Shown: positions 10,628-20,871, counted from the first letter of the stretch. The stretch is DNA of 64,000 nucleotides from an uncultured Phycisphaerales bacterium (GCA_963718665.1 OY970359.1:576001-640000); one strand, 5' to 3'. Notes: generated from the letters alone by a model not told the origin. Numbers and translations are program-made.

Positions 10628-11023
10628 TCAATGGACGTTAAGTTTGTTTGTAATGTAGTTGACTATTGAATTGACAGTGAACAAATCACCGAGCTTATTA
10701 ATGTCCGGATTGTTTTGGAACGCCGATAAATCAGTGTGAGGCATCTTGCTTTTCAATTCAGCAAGTCCTTTAGCGGTTAATTTGCCGTGGCTGACCAGTT
10801 CGGGATTGTTCATCAGCGTTTCGACGGGGAAAAGCTCTTCGCGTGGGACTTTTATGCCGAATGCCTTTTCCAGTCGAAAGACAATGTCTAAAAAGTCGAT
10901 ACTTTCCGCCCCGAGGTCGCCCATCAGCGTAGCCGAGCCGGTTACCTCTTCTTCATCGACTCCCAGGGCATTAACCAGCACCTCTCGCACCTGCTCGAAG
11001 ACCTGCTCTTTTGTGGCTGCCAT
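10628..11023 (-). CDS. acpP: Acyl carrier protein (long form with ~45-aa insertion)
   Basis: DLGAESIDFLDIVFRLEKAFGIK; C-terminal FTVNSIVNYI; RBS AGGAG before ATG at 11023. Confidence 0.85.
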   Translation of the reverse strand: MAATKEQVFEQVREVLVNALGVDEEEVTGSATLMGDLGAESIDFLDIVFRLEKAFGIKVPREELFPVETLMNNPELVSHGKLTAKGLAELKSKMPHTDLSAFQNNPDINKLGDLFTVNSIVNYITNKLNVH

Positions 11024-11139
11024 ATTCTCTTCTCCTTTTAGGCCAAGCCCCGGCAATATCCCCGCTACCGCCTTCAAACCGATGGTTAAATTACTTTAAT
11101 TATCCCGCGGAGGCAATACCTCAACATCTCGAAAACACC

Positions 11140-11245
11140 TTTACAGAAAACGAAACCTCTACTATAATTCATTTGTTTTAGAGGATAAGCCGAAAACAAC
11201 TTACTGATTCAGGGCTGCGAGAAACAATTTCGCAGCCCTTTTTTT
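11140..11245 (+). ncRNA. Candidate stand-alone small RNA transcription unit (~70 nt) with promoter and terminator
   Basis: TTTACA-17 nt-TATAAT (11140-11168); hairpin TTGTTTT/AAAACAA (11173-11199); terminator AGGGCTGCGA/TCGCAGCCCT plus T-run (11211-11245); no ORF between them. Confidence 0.55.
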
Positions 11246-11349
11246 GCGCAAAATTCTGCCCGGCAAAAACGGCAATAACGATATTAACACTTCCGGTTCT
11301 GGGAGTAATTACTTTGCGATTTTATTTGAACCGGCGAGGAAAACCAAAC

Positions 11350-11424
11350 TCGGGGTGACTGGATTCGAACCAGCGGCCTCTTGGTCCCAAACCAAGCGCT
11401 CTATCCAAGCTGAGCTACACCCCG
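11350..11424 (-). tRNA. tRNA-Pro (anticodon TGG)
   Basis: Reverse complement CGGGGTGTAGCTCAGCTTGGATAGAGCG-CTTGG-TTTGGGA-CCAAG-AGGCC-GCTGGTTCGAATCCAGT-CACCCCGA folds as a cloverleaf. Confidence 0.97.
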
Positions 11425-11454
11425 CATAACGGCCAAACTGAACCGTAAAGGCGT

Positions 11455-11483
11455 ATTCTACACGCAGCCACAGGATATTGCAA
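11455..11483 (-). promoter_or_regulatory. Putative sigma70 promoter of tRNA-Pro
   Basis: Minus strand TTGCAA-17 nt-TAGAAT. Confidence 0.65.
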
Positions 11484-11549
11484 CAAAAACGACACTTAAG
11501 GAGAACAGAAGACGGATGACAGAAAACAGAAAACTGAGGAAAATCATCA

Positions 11550-11578
11550 TTGCCAAACACATCGGCAGTTGCTATAAT
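11550..11578 (+). promoter_or_regulatory. Putative sigma70 promoter of rpmB
   Basis: TTGCCA-17 nt-TATAAT with TG extension. Confidence 0.7.
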
Positions 11579-11648
11579 TTCTCGTTTCAAAGGCAGTATG
11601 AGCGTGTAGGTGTTAATAGCAGCGTTTTTTCGCAAAGGAGTATGTTAG

Positions 11649-11915
11649 ATGTCAAGAGAATGTCATTATACGGGCAAAAGAGTATCGTTCGGCAATAAGA
11701 TTGCTCGTAGAGGTAAGGCCAAGTACTTAGGCGGCGTCGGTCGCAAGATTACCGGTATCACCAGAAGAAAGTTCAAGCCGAATATCCAGAAGGTTCACGC
11801 GATTGTCGATGGCAAGATAACCCGGATAAGGGTATCAACCAAGGCGATAAAGATGGGGCTTGTTCAAAAACGGCTAAAACGCAACTACAAACCCGCCGAG
11901 AAGAAGGCCAGTTAA
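11649..11915 (+). CDS. rpmB: 50S ribosomal protein L28
   Basis: MSRECHYTGKRVSFGN...TRRKFKPNIQ...RIRVSTKAIK; RBS AAGGAG. Confidence 0.95.
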   Translation: MSRECHYTGKRVSFGNKIARRGKAKYLGGVGRKITGITRRKFKPNIQKVHAIVDGKITRIRVSTKAIKMGLVQKRLKRNYKPAEKKAS

Positions 11916-11944
11916 CGGAAGTGGTTTGGTCGAAGAAGCTTCCT

Positions 11945-11974
11945 GAGCGAGGCGGGCTGCGCCTCGCTCTTTTT
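11945..11974 (+). terminator. Intrinsic terminator after rpmB
   Basis: GAGCGAGGCG-GGCTG-CGCCTCGCTC-TTTTT. Confidence 0.85.
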
Positions 11975-11990
11975 ATTTAGTTTGGGCGGT

Positions 11991-12290
11991 ATGGACAAAA
12001 AGATAGACAAATCGCAGGTGAAAAAGGTCGCCAAATTAGGCCGGCTGGATTTGAGCGAAGCGGAGATAGAGGAGTTCGCCGGGCAACTGAGCACCATTAT
12101 CGATTATGTTGAGAGAATGAATAAGCTGAACACCGAAGGCGTCGAGCCGATGGCACACTGCCTGCCGGTAAATAACGTCTTCCGCGACGACATCGTAAAA
12201 AAATCCATGGGAACAGAAAAAACACTGGCAAACGCACCGGAGCAGGATGGCGCATTTTTCAAGGTGCCCAAAATTCTTGAAGAACCGTAA
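11991..12290 (+). CDS. gatC: Asp/Glu-tRNA amidotransferase subunit C
   Basis: VKKVAKLGRL, LNTEGVEP, NVFRDD, LANAP...FFKVPKIL. Confidence 0.95.
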   Translation: MDKKIDKSQVKKVAKLGRLDLSEAEIEEFAGQLSTIIDYVERMNKLNTEGVEPMAHCLPVNNVFRDDIVKKSMGTEKTLANAPEQDGAFFKVPKILEEP

Positions 12291-12292
12291 CC

Positions 12293-12323
12293 ATTTATGA
12301 TTTCTGATTTATTATTTATGATT
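12293..12323. repeat. 4 x ATTTATG-type heptamer tract (reverse complement of the waaA tract)
   Basis: ATTTATG ATTTCTG ATTTATT ATTTATG ATT. Confidence 0.7.
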
Positions 12324-12341
12324 GGGAAATAAGAATATAAT

Positions 12342-13103
12342 ATGAAAATGGAAAGGTTTTGGAGAATTCTCGTTTCCTTTTTAGTCATAGTTTGTGTTGG
12401 ATATGAAACGACGATTGGGGCAAACAAGGGAAAAGCAGGAGAGCAGAGCAATCAGATGTTAAATGAAAAAATTGCGAAAGTCATTGACTGCAATTATTTA
12501 CTGTATTTGCCAGTTGACTACGGCAAGGACGACAAGAAATGGCCTTTGATACTGTTCCTGCACGGCAAGGGAGAAAGAGGAAACAATATCGAGGTCATCA
12601 AAAAACAAGGCCCGCCCAAGATGATTGCGCAGGGCAAAAGCTTTGATTTTATTGTCGTCTCGCCCCAGTGCCCCAACGATCTCTGGTGGCCCGAGCAGAC
12701 CGATGTCCTGATAACTTTGCTCGATGAAATTGAGGCAAAATACCGGGTCGATACCGACAGGGTTTACCTGACAGGTCTGAGTATGGGCGGATTCGGAACG
12801 TGGACACTGGCAATCGAATATCCGAATCGGTTCGCGGCCATAGCGCCGATATGCGGCGGCAGTGAACAATATCTCGGGTATCGGCTTAAAAAAGTGCCCG
12901 TATGGGCATTTCACGGAGCAAAAGACAATGTTGTGCCGCTGATAAGGTCGCAGGAAATGGTCAATGCAGTCAAGAAGACGGGCGGAGACGCAAAGCTGAC
13001 GGTTTATCCTGAGGCCGAACACGACTCGTGGACGGAAACCTATAATAATCCGGAACTTTACCAATGGTTTTTGTCACACAAGATAAGCGACAGGACAAAG
13101 TAA
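12342..13103 (+). CDS. Secreted alpha/beta hydrolase (carboxylesterase/peptidase-like)
   Basis: PLILFLHGKGERG, VVSPQCP, YLTGLSMGGFGTW (GxSxG), WAFHGAKD, terminal His in EHDSW; N-terminal signal. Confidence 0.9.
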   Translation: MKMERFWRILVSFLVIVCVGYETTIGANKGKAGEQSNQMLNEKIAKVIDCNYLLYLPVDYGKDDKKWPLILFLHGKGERGNNIEVIKKQGPPKMIAQGKSFDFIVVSPQCPNDLWWPEQTDVLITLLDEIEAKYRVDTDRVYLTGLSMGGFGTWTLAIEYPNRFAAIAPICGGSEQYLGYRLKKVPVWAFHGAKDNVVPLIRSQEMVNAVKKTGGDAKLTVYPEAEHDSWTETYNNPELYQWFLSHKISDRTK

Positions 13104-13113
13104 CGGATTCGCA

Positions 13114-14574
13114 ATGGATTGGCAAAGCGCAAAACAATTACGGGATAAGATTGCAGCCCGCCGGACCAGCAGTGTCGAGGTGACAAAGGCGGTCTTTGCG
13201 CGTATAGCGAAGATAGAGCCAACTATTGGTGCGTTTATCAGCACCTTCGAAGAGCAGGCGATTGCCCGCGCAGCCGAGATTGACAGGCATATCACCGCAG
13301 GGGAAAAAGTCGGGCAATTAGCCGGCGTGCCGGTAGCGGTAAAGGATAATATGTGCACGACGTTTGGAACGACGACGTGCGCATCAAAGATATTAGCCAA
13401 TTTCCACGCACCATATAATGCCACAGTAGTTGAAAAACTGCTGGCGGCAGATGCCGTGATAATCGGTAAAACAAATCTCGACGAATTCGCGATGGGTTCG
13501 AGCACCGAAAATTCGGGGCTAAAACAAACCGTAAACCCATGGGACACAAAGCGTGTTCCGGGTGGAAGCTCCGGCGGGTCAACAGCGGCTGTCGCAGCAG
13601 GCCTTTGTTATGCTGCGCTCGGTTCGGATACGGGCGGCTCGATAAGACAGCCCGCGAGCTTGTGCGGCGTTGTTGGATTGAAACCAACATACGGGCGAGT
13701 ATCGCGCTACGGCCTCGTCGCTTATGGTTCGAGTTTAGACCAGATTGGTCCAATTACACAAACGGTTGAAGATTGCGCCTTGACGCTGAATGTTATCGCA
13801 GGCCACGACCCGGCGGACAGCACCAGCGTCGATGAAAAAACCTCGCCGGTTACTGATTACCTCGCGAAATTGGATGAGCCGGTGAAAAGTTTAAAAATTG
13901 GTATCGCATCGAGTTTTAATGCCGGAGCCGATGAGCAGGTGCGAAAGGCAATCGACGAGGCGATACAAACCTATAAAAAACTCGGTGCGGCTATAATGGA
14001 AATTGATATGCCCCACCTTGATTACGCGATAGCGGCCTACTATATGGTCGCAACCGCTGAGGCGTCGAGCAACCTGGCGAGATACGACGGCGTGCATTAC
14101 GGGCACAGGACACAAAACCCGAATGACTACATCGAGGTTTATACAAAATCACGTGCCGAGGGTTTCGGCAAAGAAGTCAAACGCCGGATAATGTTAGGCA
14201 CATACGCGCTATCGAGCGGCTACTACGACGCTTACTATTTGAAAGCCCTGAAGGTGCGAAACCTTATACGCGGTGATTTCGTGCGGGCATTTGAAAAATG
14301 CGACTGCATTATGATGCCCGTCGCCCCCACTACCGCTTTCAAAATAGGCGAAAAGGTCGATGACCCGCTGAAGATGTACCTGTCGGACATTTACACTATC
14401 GCGGCGAATTTAGCGGGCATACCAGGCATAAGCATCCCCTGCGGCTTTGACGACAAGCAATTGCCCATCGGCCTGCAAATTTTATCGCCTGCGTTCAGCG
14501 AGGAAAAACTGTTGCGAATAGCGCAGATGTATGAAAAGCAAACTGACTGGCACAAGAAGAGGCCATTGATTTGA
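13114..14574 (+). CDS. gatA: Asp/Glu-tRNA amidotransferase subunit A
   Basis: Amidase signature GKTNLDEFAMGSSTE, PGGSSGGS, GSDTGGSIRQPA, EVKRRIMLG. Confidence 0.97.
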   Translation: MDWQSAKQLRDKIAARRTSSVEVTKAVFARIAKIEPTIGAFISTFEEQAIARAAEIDRHITAGEKVGQLAGVPVAVKDNMCTTFGTTTCASKILANFHAPYNATVVEKLLAADAVIIGKTNLDEFAMGSSTENSGLKQTVNPWDTKRVPGGSSGGSTAAVAAGLCYAALGSDTGGSIRQPASLCGVVGLKPTYGRVSRYGLVAYGSSLDQIGPITQTVEDCALTLNVIAGHDPADSTSVDEKTSPVTDYLAKLDEPVKSLKIGIASSFNAGADEQVRKAIDEAIQTYKKLGAAIMEIDMPHLDYAIAAYYMVATAEASSNLARYDGVHYGHRTQNPNDYIEVYTKSRAEGFGKEVKRRIMLGTYALSSGYYDAYYLKALKVRNLIRGDFVRAFEKCDCIMMPVAPTTAFKIGEKVDDPLKMYLSDIYTIAANLAGIPGISIPCGFDDKQLPIGLQILSPAFSEEKLLRIAQMYEKQTDWHKKRPLI

Positions 14575-16034
14575 GTAATGTAGATTACAAAGTTTTGGTG
14601 GGCTTGGAAATTCACGTGCAGCTTTACACGCGGACGAAGATGTTCTGCGGCTGCGAGCTCGCTTTCGGCGCAGAGCCAAACAGCAGGGTTTGCCCCGTCT
14701 GCCTCGGTATGCCCGGGTCGCTGCCCGTTATGAACAAACAGGCGGTGGAATTTTCGATGCTGGCTGGGCTTGCGCTTAATTGTCAGATTCCGTCTTTCAC
14801 CAAGTGGGACCGCAAAAGCTACTATTACCCGGATTTGCCGAAAAATTACCAGATAAGCCAGTATGATTTGCCGCTGGCCGTAAACGGGCATATCGAGATA
14901 CCGACACAGGATGGCTCGCTGAAAAAAATCAGAATCCGGCGGGCACATTTAGAGGAGGACGCGGGCAAAAATCTACATACGGCAGGAAACTTCTCGCAGG
15001 TGGATTTAAATCGCGCGGGCACCCCCTTGCTGGAGATTGTTACCGAGCCGGATATGAACACCGCAGCCGAAGTGCGGGGATTAGCCGAAGAATTGCAGCG
15101 GATTGTCAGATACCTTGGTGTATCGGAAGCGGATATGCAAAAAGGGCATATGCGTTTCGAGCCGAATGTGAATCTCGTAATCAATCGTGCAGGCCAGCAA
15201 TTCAAAACGCCGATTGTCGAAGTGAAGAACCTCAATAGCTTCATGGCGCTGAAGAAGAGTATCGAATACGAAATCGAAAGACAGAAGGATCGGTTCCTCG
15301 AAACCGGCGAAACAATGGAGATGGGCAACAAAAGCACACGCGGCTGGGACGACGTAAAAGAAGTTACCGTTCTGCAAAGAGAAAAAGAAGAGGCACACGA
15401 TTATCGTTATTTCCCCGACCCGGATTTGGTGCCTGTGCGGGTCAACGAGCAATGGCTTAACGAAATCAAATCCCGGCTGTGCGAGCTGCCGCTTTCAAGA
15501 CGGATTCGATATACGAAGAAATACAGTTTGAACGATTACGATGCAGGCGTGCTGACTAACGACCGCCCAGTCGCTGATTTCTTCGAGGAAGCCGTCAAGG
15601 CGGGCGGCGAACCGAAACGCGTTTGCAATCTCCTGACACAGGTAGGATTAAAATTGGCAAATGCCCGCGGATGCGCAATCACAGAACTTGGCCCGAAGGC
15701 TGCCGATATTGCCCGGCTTGCCCAAATGACGCAAACAGGCGAAATCAGCGCAACAGCCGCAAATACCATTTTGGAGGAAATGGTAAAAACAGGTAAAACC
15801 CCGCGAGAACTTGCTGAACAACTGAACCTGATTCAAAAAAGCGATGCGGGCGAACTTGAGGCAATCGTTGACGAGGTGCTCAAGAGCAATCCACAGGCAG
15901 CCGCGGATTTCAAAGAAGGCGGCAAAAAAAGCGGCAAGGCAAAGGGCTTCCTGCTTGGCCAGGTAATGCAAAAAACAAAAGGCCGGGCAAACCCCAAAGT
16001 GGCTTCTGAAATTCTTGATAAAAAGCTCGCCTGA
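14571..16034 (+). CDS. gatB: Asp/Glu-tRNA amidotransferase subunit B
   Basis: VGLEIHVQL, YYYPDLPKNYQISQ, HLEEDAGK, DYRYFPDPDL. Confidence 0.97.
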   Translation: MSNVDYKVLVGLEIHVQLYTRTKMFCGCELAFGAEPNSRVCPVCLGMPGSLPVMNKQAVEFSMLAGLALNCQIPSFTKWDRKSYYYPDLPKNYQISQYDLPLAVNGHIEIPTQDGSLKKIRIRRAHLEEDAGKNLHTAGNFSQVDLNRAGTPLLEIVTEPDMNTAAEVRGLAEELQRIVRYLGVSEADMQKGHMRFEPNVNLVINRAGQQFKTPIVEVKNLNSFMALKKSIEYEIERQKDRFLETGETMEMGNKSTRGWDDVKEVTVLQREKEEAHDYRYFPDPDLVPVRVNEQWLNEIKSRLCELPLSRRIRYTKKYSLNDYDAGVLTNDRPVADFFEEAVKAGGEPKRVCNLLTQVGLKLANARGCAITELGPKAADIARLAQMTQTGEISATAANTILEEMVKTGKTPRELAEQLNLIQKSDAGELEAIVDEVLKSNPQAAADFKEGGKKSGKAKGFLLGQVMQKTKGRANPKVASEILDKKLA

Positions 16035-16159
16035 GTTCTATTTTCCGCCAACAAACAGATAATTCATGGGAAGCGTCATATTTTTTCCACATTTATCGGG
16101 ATTTCGCTGGACATCCTCTTTCTTGGGGCTAAAATCCTATAAGATATAGGGAGAATAGT

Positions 16160-18040
16160 ATGCCCAGGTCAGGAAAAAACAACGAGCGTATAGAACAGAC
16201 ACCCCGTGGCAATAGAAAACTGACCAAAGTCGAACCGCTTCGCCCGCAGGCCGAAAATCTCGATAAACACTATAACGATTTGGCGAAGTTTCCCTCGGAA
16301 AATCCTTACCCGGTTATGCGTATCCACAAAAATGAGACGATTCTTTACGCCAACAAGGCAAGCGAGCCGCTTTTGAAGGCCAAAGATAGCGCCGTTGGTA
16401 AGCCAGCGCCATTGGAATGGCATCGGCTGACGCAGGAAATTCTTGCGTCTGGCCGCATTGGAGAACAGGAGACGGAGCACAACGGACAAATATTTGGCTT
16501 CAGAGCGGTACCCATTGCCAGCAGTAATTATGTAAATTTTTATGGCGTGGACATCACCGAACAGAAGAAAGCAGAGGAATCGCTAAAGGAGAGCGAAACA
16601 AGATTCAGAGAGCTGTTTAACAATATGAGCAGCGGGGTGGCAGTTTACGAGGCGGTAGAAGACGGCTCAGATTTCATCATCAGGGATTTCAACACGGCCG
16701 GGCAAAGAATGGAGAAAACCAGCAAAGAAGACGCTGTTGGAAAACGAGTCACACAAGTGTTTCCCGGTGTTAAGGAAATGGGCCTGTTGGATGTCTTCCG
16801 GCGAGTATGGCAAACCGGAAGGGCCGAGCAGCACCCAACAAACCTTTACAAAGACGGTAGAATTTCGGGATGGCGAGAAAATAATGTATATAAACTACCG
16901 AGCGGCGAAATAGTAGCGATTTATGACGACGTGACCGAGCAGCAAGTAGCACTGGAACAGTTGCAGGAAGAACGGAATCTTCTGCGGACGCTTATTGACC
17001 ACATACCCAGCGGTATTTATGTCAAAGATAAGGACGGTCGATTCCTTGCCTGCAATAAATCTCTGGCTGAATTATGGAACGTAAGAGACAAGGATGATAT
17101 TATAGGCAAAACGGATTTCGACCTTTTTGAGCCGGCAAGGGCACAGCACTATTTTGACGAAGAACAGAAAGTGATACAAACCGGCCAACCTATTATTAAC
17201 CAGGAATTGCAGTGCACAGATAAAACAGGCAATGACAATTTCCTTCTGGTAGCCAAAGTTCCATTGCGGGATAGCGCCGGCAATATCACAGGGCTTGTAG
17301 GGATTCATCGGGATATCACAGAACGCAAACAGGCAGAGCAAAATCTCCTTGAGCATCAGAACCATCTTAAACAACTGGCGGCACAATTAACGATGGCCGA
17401 GGAAGGGGAACGCAGACGCATAGCAGGCGAAATTCACGATGAGATAAGTCAGACGCTTGCTATGGCAAAAATCAAGCTTGACGCTCTTCGAAGCTCACCA
17501 CACTCCGAAGGAGCACCCGCTGAGATTAAACAGATAAGCTCTTACATAGAAAAAGTGATTCAGGAAACCAGGACATTGACTTTTGAACTCAGTAATCCCA
17601 TTCTTTACGAATTGGGTTTTGAGGCCGCTGCCGCCGAATGGCTGAATGAACAGGTTCAGGTAAAACACGGTATCGCCACCGAGTTTCTTGACGACGGCAA
17701 AGCCAAATCCTTAGACAACGATGTTAAGGTGGTGCTTTTCAGGAACGTCCGTGAACTGCTCACCAATTGTATTAAACACGCCAAAGCGGAAAAAATCAGG
17801 GTCAATATCCGCAGAATCGATAATTCGACAGAGGTTATCGTCGAAGACAACGGCGTCGGTTTCGACCCGGTACAAGTCAGGGCAACGGCATTCAAAAAGG
17901 CAAAATTCGGATTGTTCAGCGTCCGCGAGAGTCTGGAAAATATTGGCGGAAGTTTTGAAATAGAATCAAAACCCGGTGCCGGCTGCAAGGCCACAATGGT
18001 TGTGCCGATGAAAAACACACAAACAAATAAGGAGATGTAA
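16160..18040 (+). CDS. Multi-PAS sensor histidine kinase (HisKA_3/NarX-like)
   Basis: PAS/PAC repeats (DITEQK, RDITERK), EEGERRRIAGEIHDEISQ, ELLTNCIKHA, EDNGVGFD. Confidence 0.93.
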   Translation: MPRSGKNNERIEQTPRGNRKLTKVEPLRPQAENLDKHYNDLAKFPSENPYPVMRIHKNETILYANKASEPLLKAKDSAVGKPAPLEWHRLTQEILASGRIGEQETEHNGQIFGFRAVPIASSNYVNFYGVDITEQKKAEESLKESETRFRELFNNMSSGVAVYEAVEDGSDFIIRDFNTAGQRMEKTSKEDAVGKRVTQVFPGVKEMGLLDVFRRVWQTGRAEQHPTNLYKDGRISGWRENNVYKLPSGEIVAIYDDVTEQQVALEQLQEERNLLRTLIDHIPSGIYVKDKDGRFLACNKSLAELWNVRDKDDIIGKTDFDLFEPARAQHYFDEEQKVIQTGQPIINQELQCTDKTGNDNFLLVAKVPLRDSAGNITGLVGIHRDITERKQAEQNLLEHQNHLKQLAAQLTMAEEGERRRIAGEIHDEISQTLAMAKIKLDALRSSPHSEGAPAEIKQISSYIEKVIQETRTLTFELSNPILYELGFEAAAAEWLNEQVQVKHGIATEFLDDGKAKSLDNDVKVVLFRNVRELLTNCIKHAKAEKIRVNIRRIDNSTEVIVEDNGVGFDPVQVRATAFKKAKFGLFSVRESLENIGGSFEIESKPGAGCKATMVVPMKNTQTNKEM

Positions 18041-18042
18041 CC

Positions 18043-18696
18043 ATGCCCACGAGAATTTTATTAGTTGATGACCACGCAATTATTCGCCAGGGTTTGAGCT
18101 CGCTTCTGGAAAAACAGCCGGACATCGAAGTGGTCGGAGGTGTCGAGGACGGACGACAGGCGGTGGATACCGTTCGTCAGCTTGCGCCGGACCTTGTGAT
18201 TATGGATATCAGTATGCCTAATCTCAACGGTATCGACGCCGCGCGCAAGATAGCTGAGGAAATCAGCGGCGTGAAGATTATCGCGCTATCCATCCACTCC
18301 AGCCGGCGGTTCGTTGCCGAAATGCTCAAGGCGGGAGCTTCGGGCTATATACTGAAGGATTGCCTTTTTGACGAACTAATGGAGGCAATAAAAACCGTCC
18401 TTGGTGGCGGAATTTATCTAAGCCCCAAGATAACCGGCGTCGTGATAGACGACTATGTCCAGCGTCTCTCGCAACAAGGGCAGCCCGACGGACCGACTCT
18501 GAGCGACCGTGAGCGGGAAGTGCTGCAGCTTTTGGCCGAAGGCAAAAGCACCAAACAAATCGCTCTCCAAATCCACGTCAGCGCCAAAACCATTGAGTCG
18601 AATCGGCGTAATATAATGGACAAGCTCAAAATCAACAGTGTCGCGGAACTAACCAAGTATGCTGTCCGCGAGGGAATAACACCTCTGGAGCAGTAA
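18043..18696 (+). CDS. NarL/LuxR-family response regulator
   Basis: ILLVDDHAIIRQG, PDLVIMDISMP, LSDREREVLQLLAEGKSTKQIA. Confidence 0.95.
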   Translation: MPTRILLVDDHAIIRQGLSSLLEKQPDIEVVGGVEDGRQAVDTVRQLAPDLVIMDISMPNLNGIDAARKIAEEISGVKIIALSIHSSRRFVAEMLKAGASGYILKDCLFDELMEAIKTVLGGGIYLSPKITGVVIDDYVQRLSQQGQPDGPTLSDREREVLQLLAEGKSTKQIALQIHVSAKTIESNRRNIMDKLKINSVAELTKYAVREGITPLEQ

Positions 18697-19013
18697 GCCG
18701 AGCAATTAAACGCCAAAAAGCATTCGCCCATTGGCTTTATAGCCACAAATCGCCATATCCTAATACCGTTATGGCATATATTACTATCTATTATTTAGGT
18801 TTTGCGAAGTCGCTTTTCAGGCAATTCCTTCCTGCATTCCGCCTCTAATCGGCCGATAATACCGCAGGTTACTGCTACAAAAACGCCCTTTGGGGGGCCA
18901 GTCAGGGATGGCTGGTTGCTGCTTCGCCGAGAATAACATTTCAAGTTAGCCGCCTGCGAGTTAAAATCGGACGGGGCAGCTTTCTGCACAATAAAAACCA
19001 ATCATCGATGTCA

Positions 19014-19667
19014 TTACTTCTGCCCTGAGTTTTTCTGAAGAATTTTGCTCTCGGTACCGGCAAGCAGCCGGATGATGTTGTCCCTGTGGAGGATAAAAAC
19101 CATAACAGGGATAACCATCCCGACTATCAGCAAGGGCCACAAATCCGCAAATCGCCAGCCGGGGATTATTGCTATGGCAGCAACAAAGACAACGGGAAAA
19201 GCAAACGCAGAGGCAAGCGAAGCAAGTGACACATATCGCCAAATAAGCACAAAAATAATCCAGACAAGAAGCGTAATCGCCGCGCAAATGGTATAATAAG
19301 GCCATAAGCCAAGCGCAACACCGAAACTTGTCGCAACACCTTTACCGCCTTTGAAACCAAGATAAACGGGAAATACGTGCCCAAGTATAGCCGCACATCC
19401 CACGGCAAGCTGGGCAATCAACTCCCTCGTTGTCCCATTCTCGCCAAGCCACAATCCCACAGCCAATGTCGGCAACAGGCCCTTGGCCAAATCCAGCACA
19501 AAACAAACATACGCCCATCGCCTGCCCAAAGCGCGAGACAGATTTGTCGCGCCGATATTTCCTGAGCCGACCTTGCGCAAGTCAATTCTGTGAGCAGCGG
19601 CTATGAGCATCCCGAATGATACCGAGCCGAACAGATACGCCCCGATTAAAAACGCGGTTAATCTCAT
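19014..19667 (-). CDS. plsY: Glycerol-3-phosphate acyltransferase PlsY
   Basis: GSGNIGATN, DLAKG, GHVFPVYLGFKGGKGVAT, HRDNIIRLLAGTE. Confidence 0.95.
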   Translation of the reverse strand: MRLTAFLIGAYLFGSVSFGMLIAAAHRIDLRKVGSGNIGATNLSRALGRRWAYVCFVLDLAKGLLPTLAVGLWLGENGTTRELIAQLAVGCAAILGHVFPVYLGFKGGKGVATSFGVALGLWPYYTICAAITLLVWIIFVLIWRYVSLASLASAFAFPVVFVAAIAIIPGWRFADLWPLLIVGMVIPVMVFILHRDNIIRLLAGTESKILQKNSGQK

Positions 19668-20851
19668 CGTCGCCTCCTCTTCTCCAGTATTTCATCGTAA
19701 ACATCCTTAAGCTGCTGCGCAACCCTGGCGACCGAAACATCCCGGCGAAGATTATCGCTGATAATCGCGTTCGCTGCCCGATTAAGATTATCACGATTAG
19801 TGAAGTATCTGATTGCCTCACTTAACGCGGCAACATCGCGAGGGTCATCGATTGCCCTGCCGTGCCGATTATCCGCAAACAGGTCGATGGCCCCGTTAAA
19901 TTTCGTGGTTATGACTGGTTTGCCCGCGGCAAGGGCCTCAAGAATGAACCGCGAACAGGGGTCATCGAAAGTGGGCAAAACAGCCACATCGGTCGCCGCA
20001 ATCAACTCCTGCACGTTGCCGACGTCTCCGAGAAAGACGACTTTTTCTTCGACTCCCAGTTTTGCGGCCAGTCGGCGATACGCCGTCGAGCTTGCCCGGC
20101 CGGCAACAACCAATCTCGCTGGCGTATTATTATCCGTTTTTTGAAGCCGACCAATCGCCTCCACCAGACAATCGAGACCTTTACGCTTGAAATCATGACC
20201 GACAAAAAGAAACAGAACCGCATTACCTGCTTCTTTTGAACCCAGTTGAGCCAATAACTTAGTCCGCAATGAATCGACACGGGACTTATCTATCTGTCCG
20301 GCCGGCTTGATGCCGTTTGGTATGACCACCATTCGATGTTCAGGGATATGGTAGTGGGTCCTGAACTGCTCCGCCACGTAATTAGAAATCGCGACAACCA
20401 AAGGCCCGGTTTGCCCTTCTGCGAGCCGGTGTTCCGCACCAAACCACGCGGTCCTGCGAAAATTCAAAAATGCGGTTTTTCTTTTCAACGCCTGAAAAAC
20501 GGGGCAGCGATACGTCGCGGCCTTACGGATTATTGATTCAGCAAAAGTCCCGCTCCTCGGCTGATAAATATCCGCAAAGTCAAAAGGCAGAACGCTGTGA
20601 AGAATATCATAATGATTCTGTTCGGTGTGTTTTTTCAAAGCCCTCGCAAAAACCTGATAACTCGTCCTTTTACCGGGCATATCCGCACACAAAATATGCA
20701 CGTTTTGGGCTGTTGGCCGACCTTTGGCGGCAAGGATATGTGTGTCATAGCCGATCGCCCCGATGGCCTCGGCCAATTCACTGACCGAACGCTCAGCCCC
20801 GCCAAGCGCGACATCCGCCCGCTCAATTATGATTGCTATCTTTGGTTTCAT
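19664..20851 (-). CDS. Glycosyltransferase family 4 (WaaG-like, LPS core)
   Basis: GGAERSV, VIPNGI, FVGHDFKRKG, ILEALAAGKPVITT. Confidence 0.9.
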   Translation of the reverse strand: MKPKIAIIIERADVALGGAERSVSELAEAIGAIGYDTHILAAKGRPTAQNVHILCADMPGKRTSYQVFARALKKHTEQNHYDILHSVLPFDFADIYQPRSGTFAESIIRKAATYRCPVFQALKRKTAFLNFRRTAWFGAEHRLAEGQTGPLVVAISNYVAEQFRTHYHIPEHRMVVIPNGIKPAGQIDKSRVDSLRTKLLAQLGSKEAGNAVLFLFVGHDFKRKGLDCLVEAIGRLQKTDNNTPARLVVAGRASSTAYRRLAAKLGVEEKVVFLGDVGNVQELIAATDVAVLPTFDDPCSRFILEALAAGKPVITTKFNGAIDLFADNRHGRAIDDPRDVAALSEAIRYFTNRDNLNRAANAIISDNLRRDVSVARVAQQLKDVYDEILEKRRRR

Positions 20852-20871
20852 CCGTCGGTATTATAGCCCGC

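Noticed and set aside
18795..19001. 68-aa minus-strand ORF between the response regulator and plsY
   Set aside because: No recognisable motif or RBS; probably intergenic.
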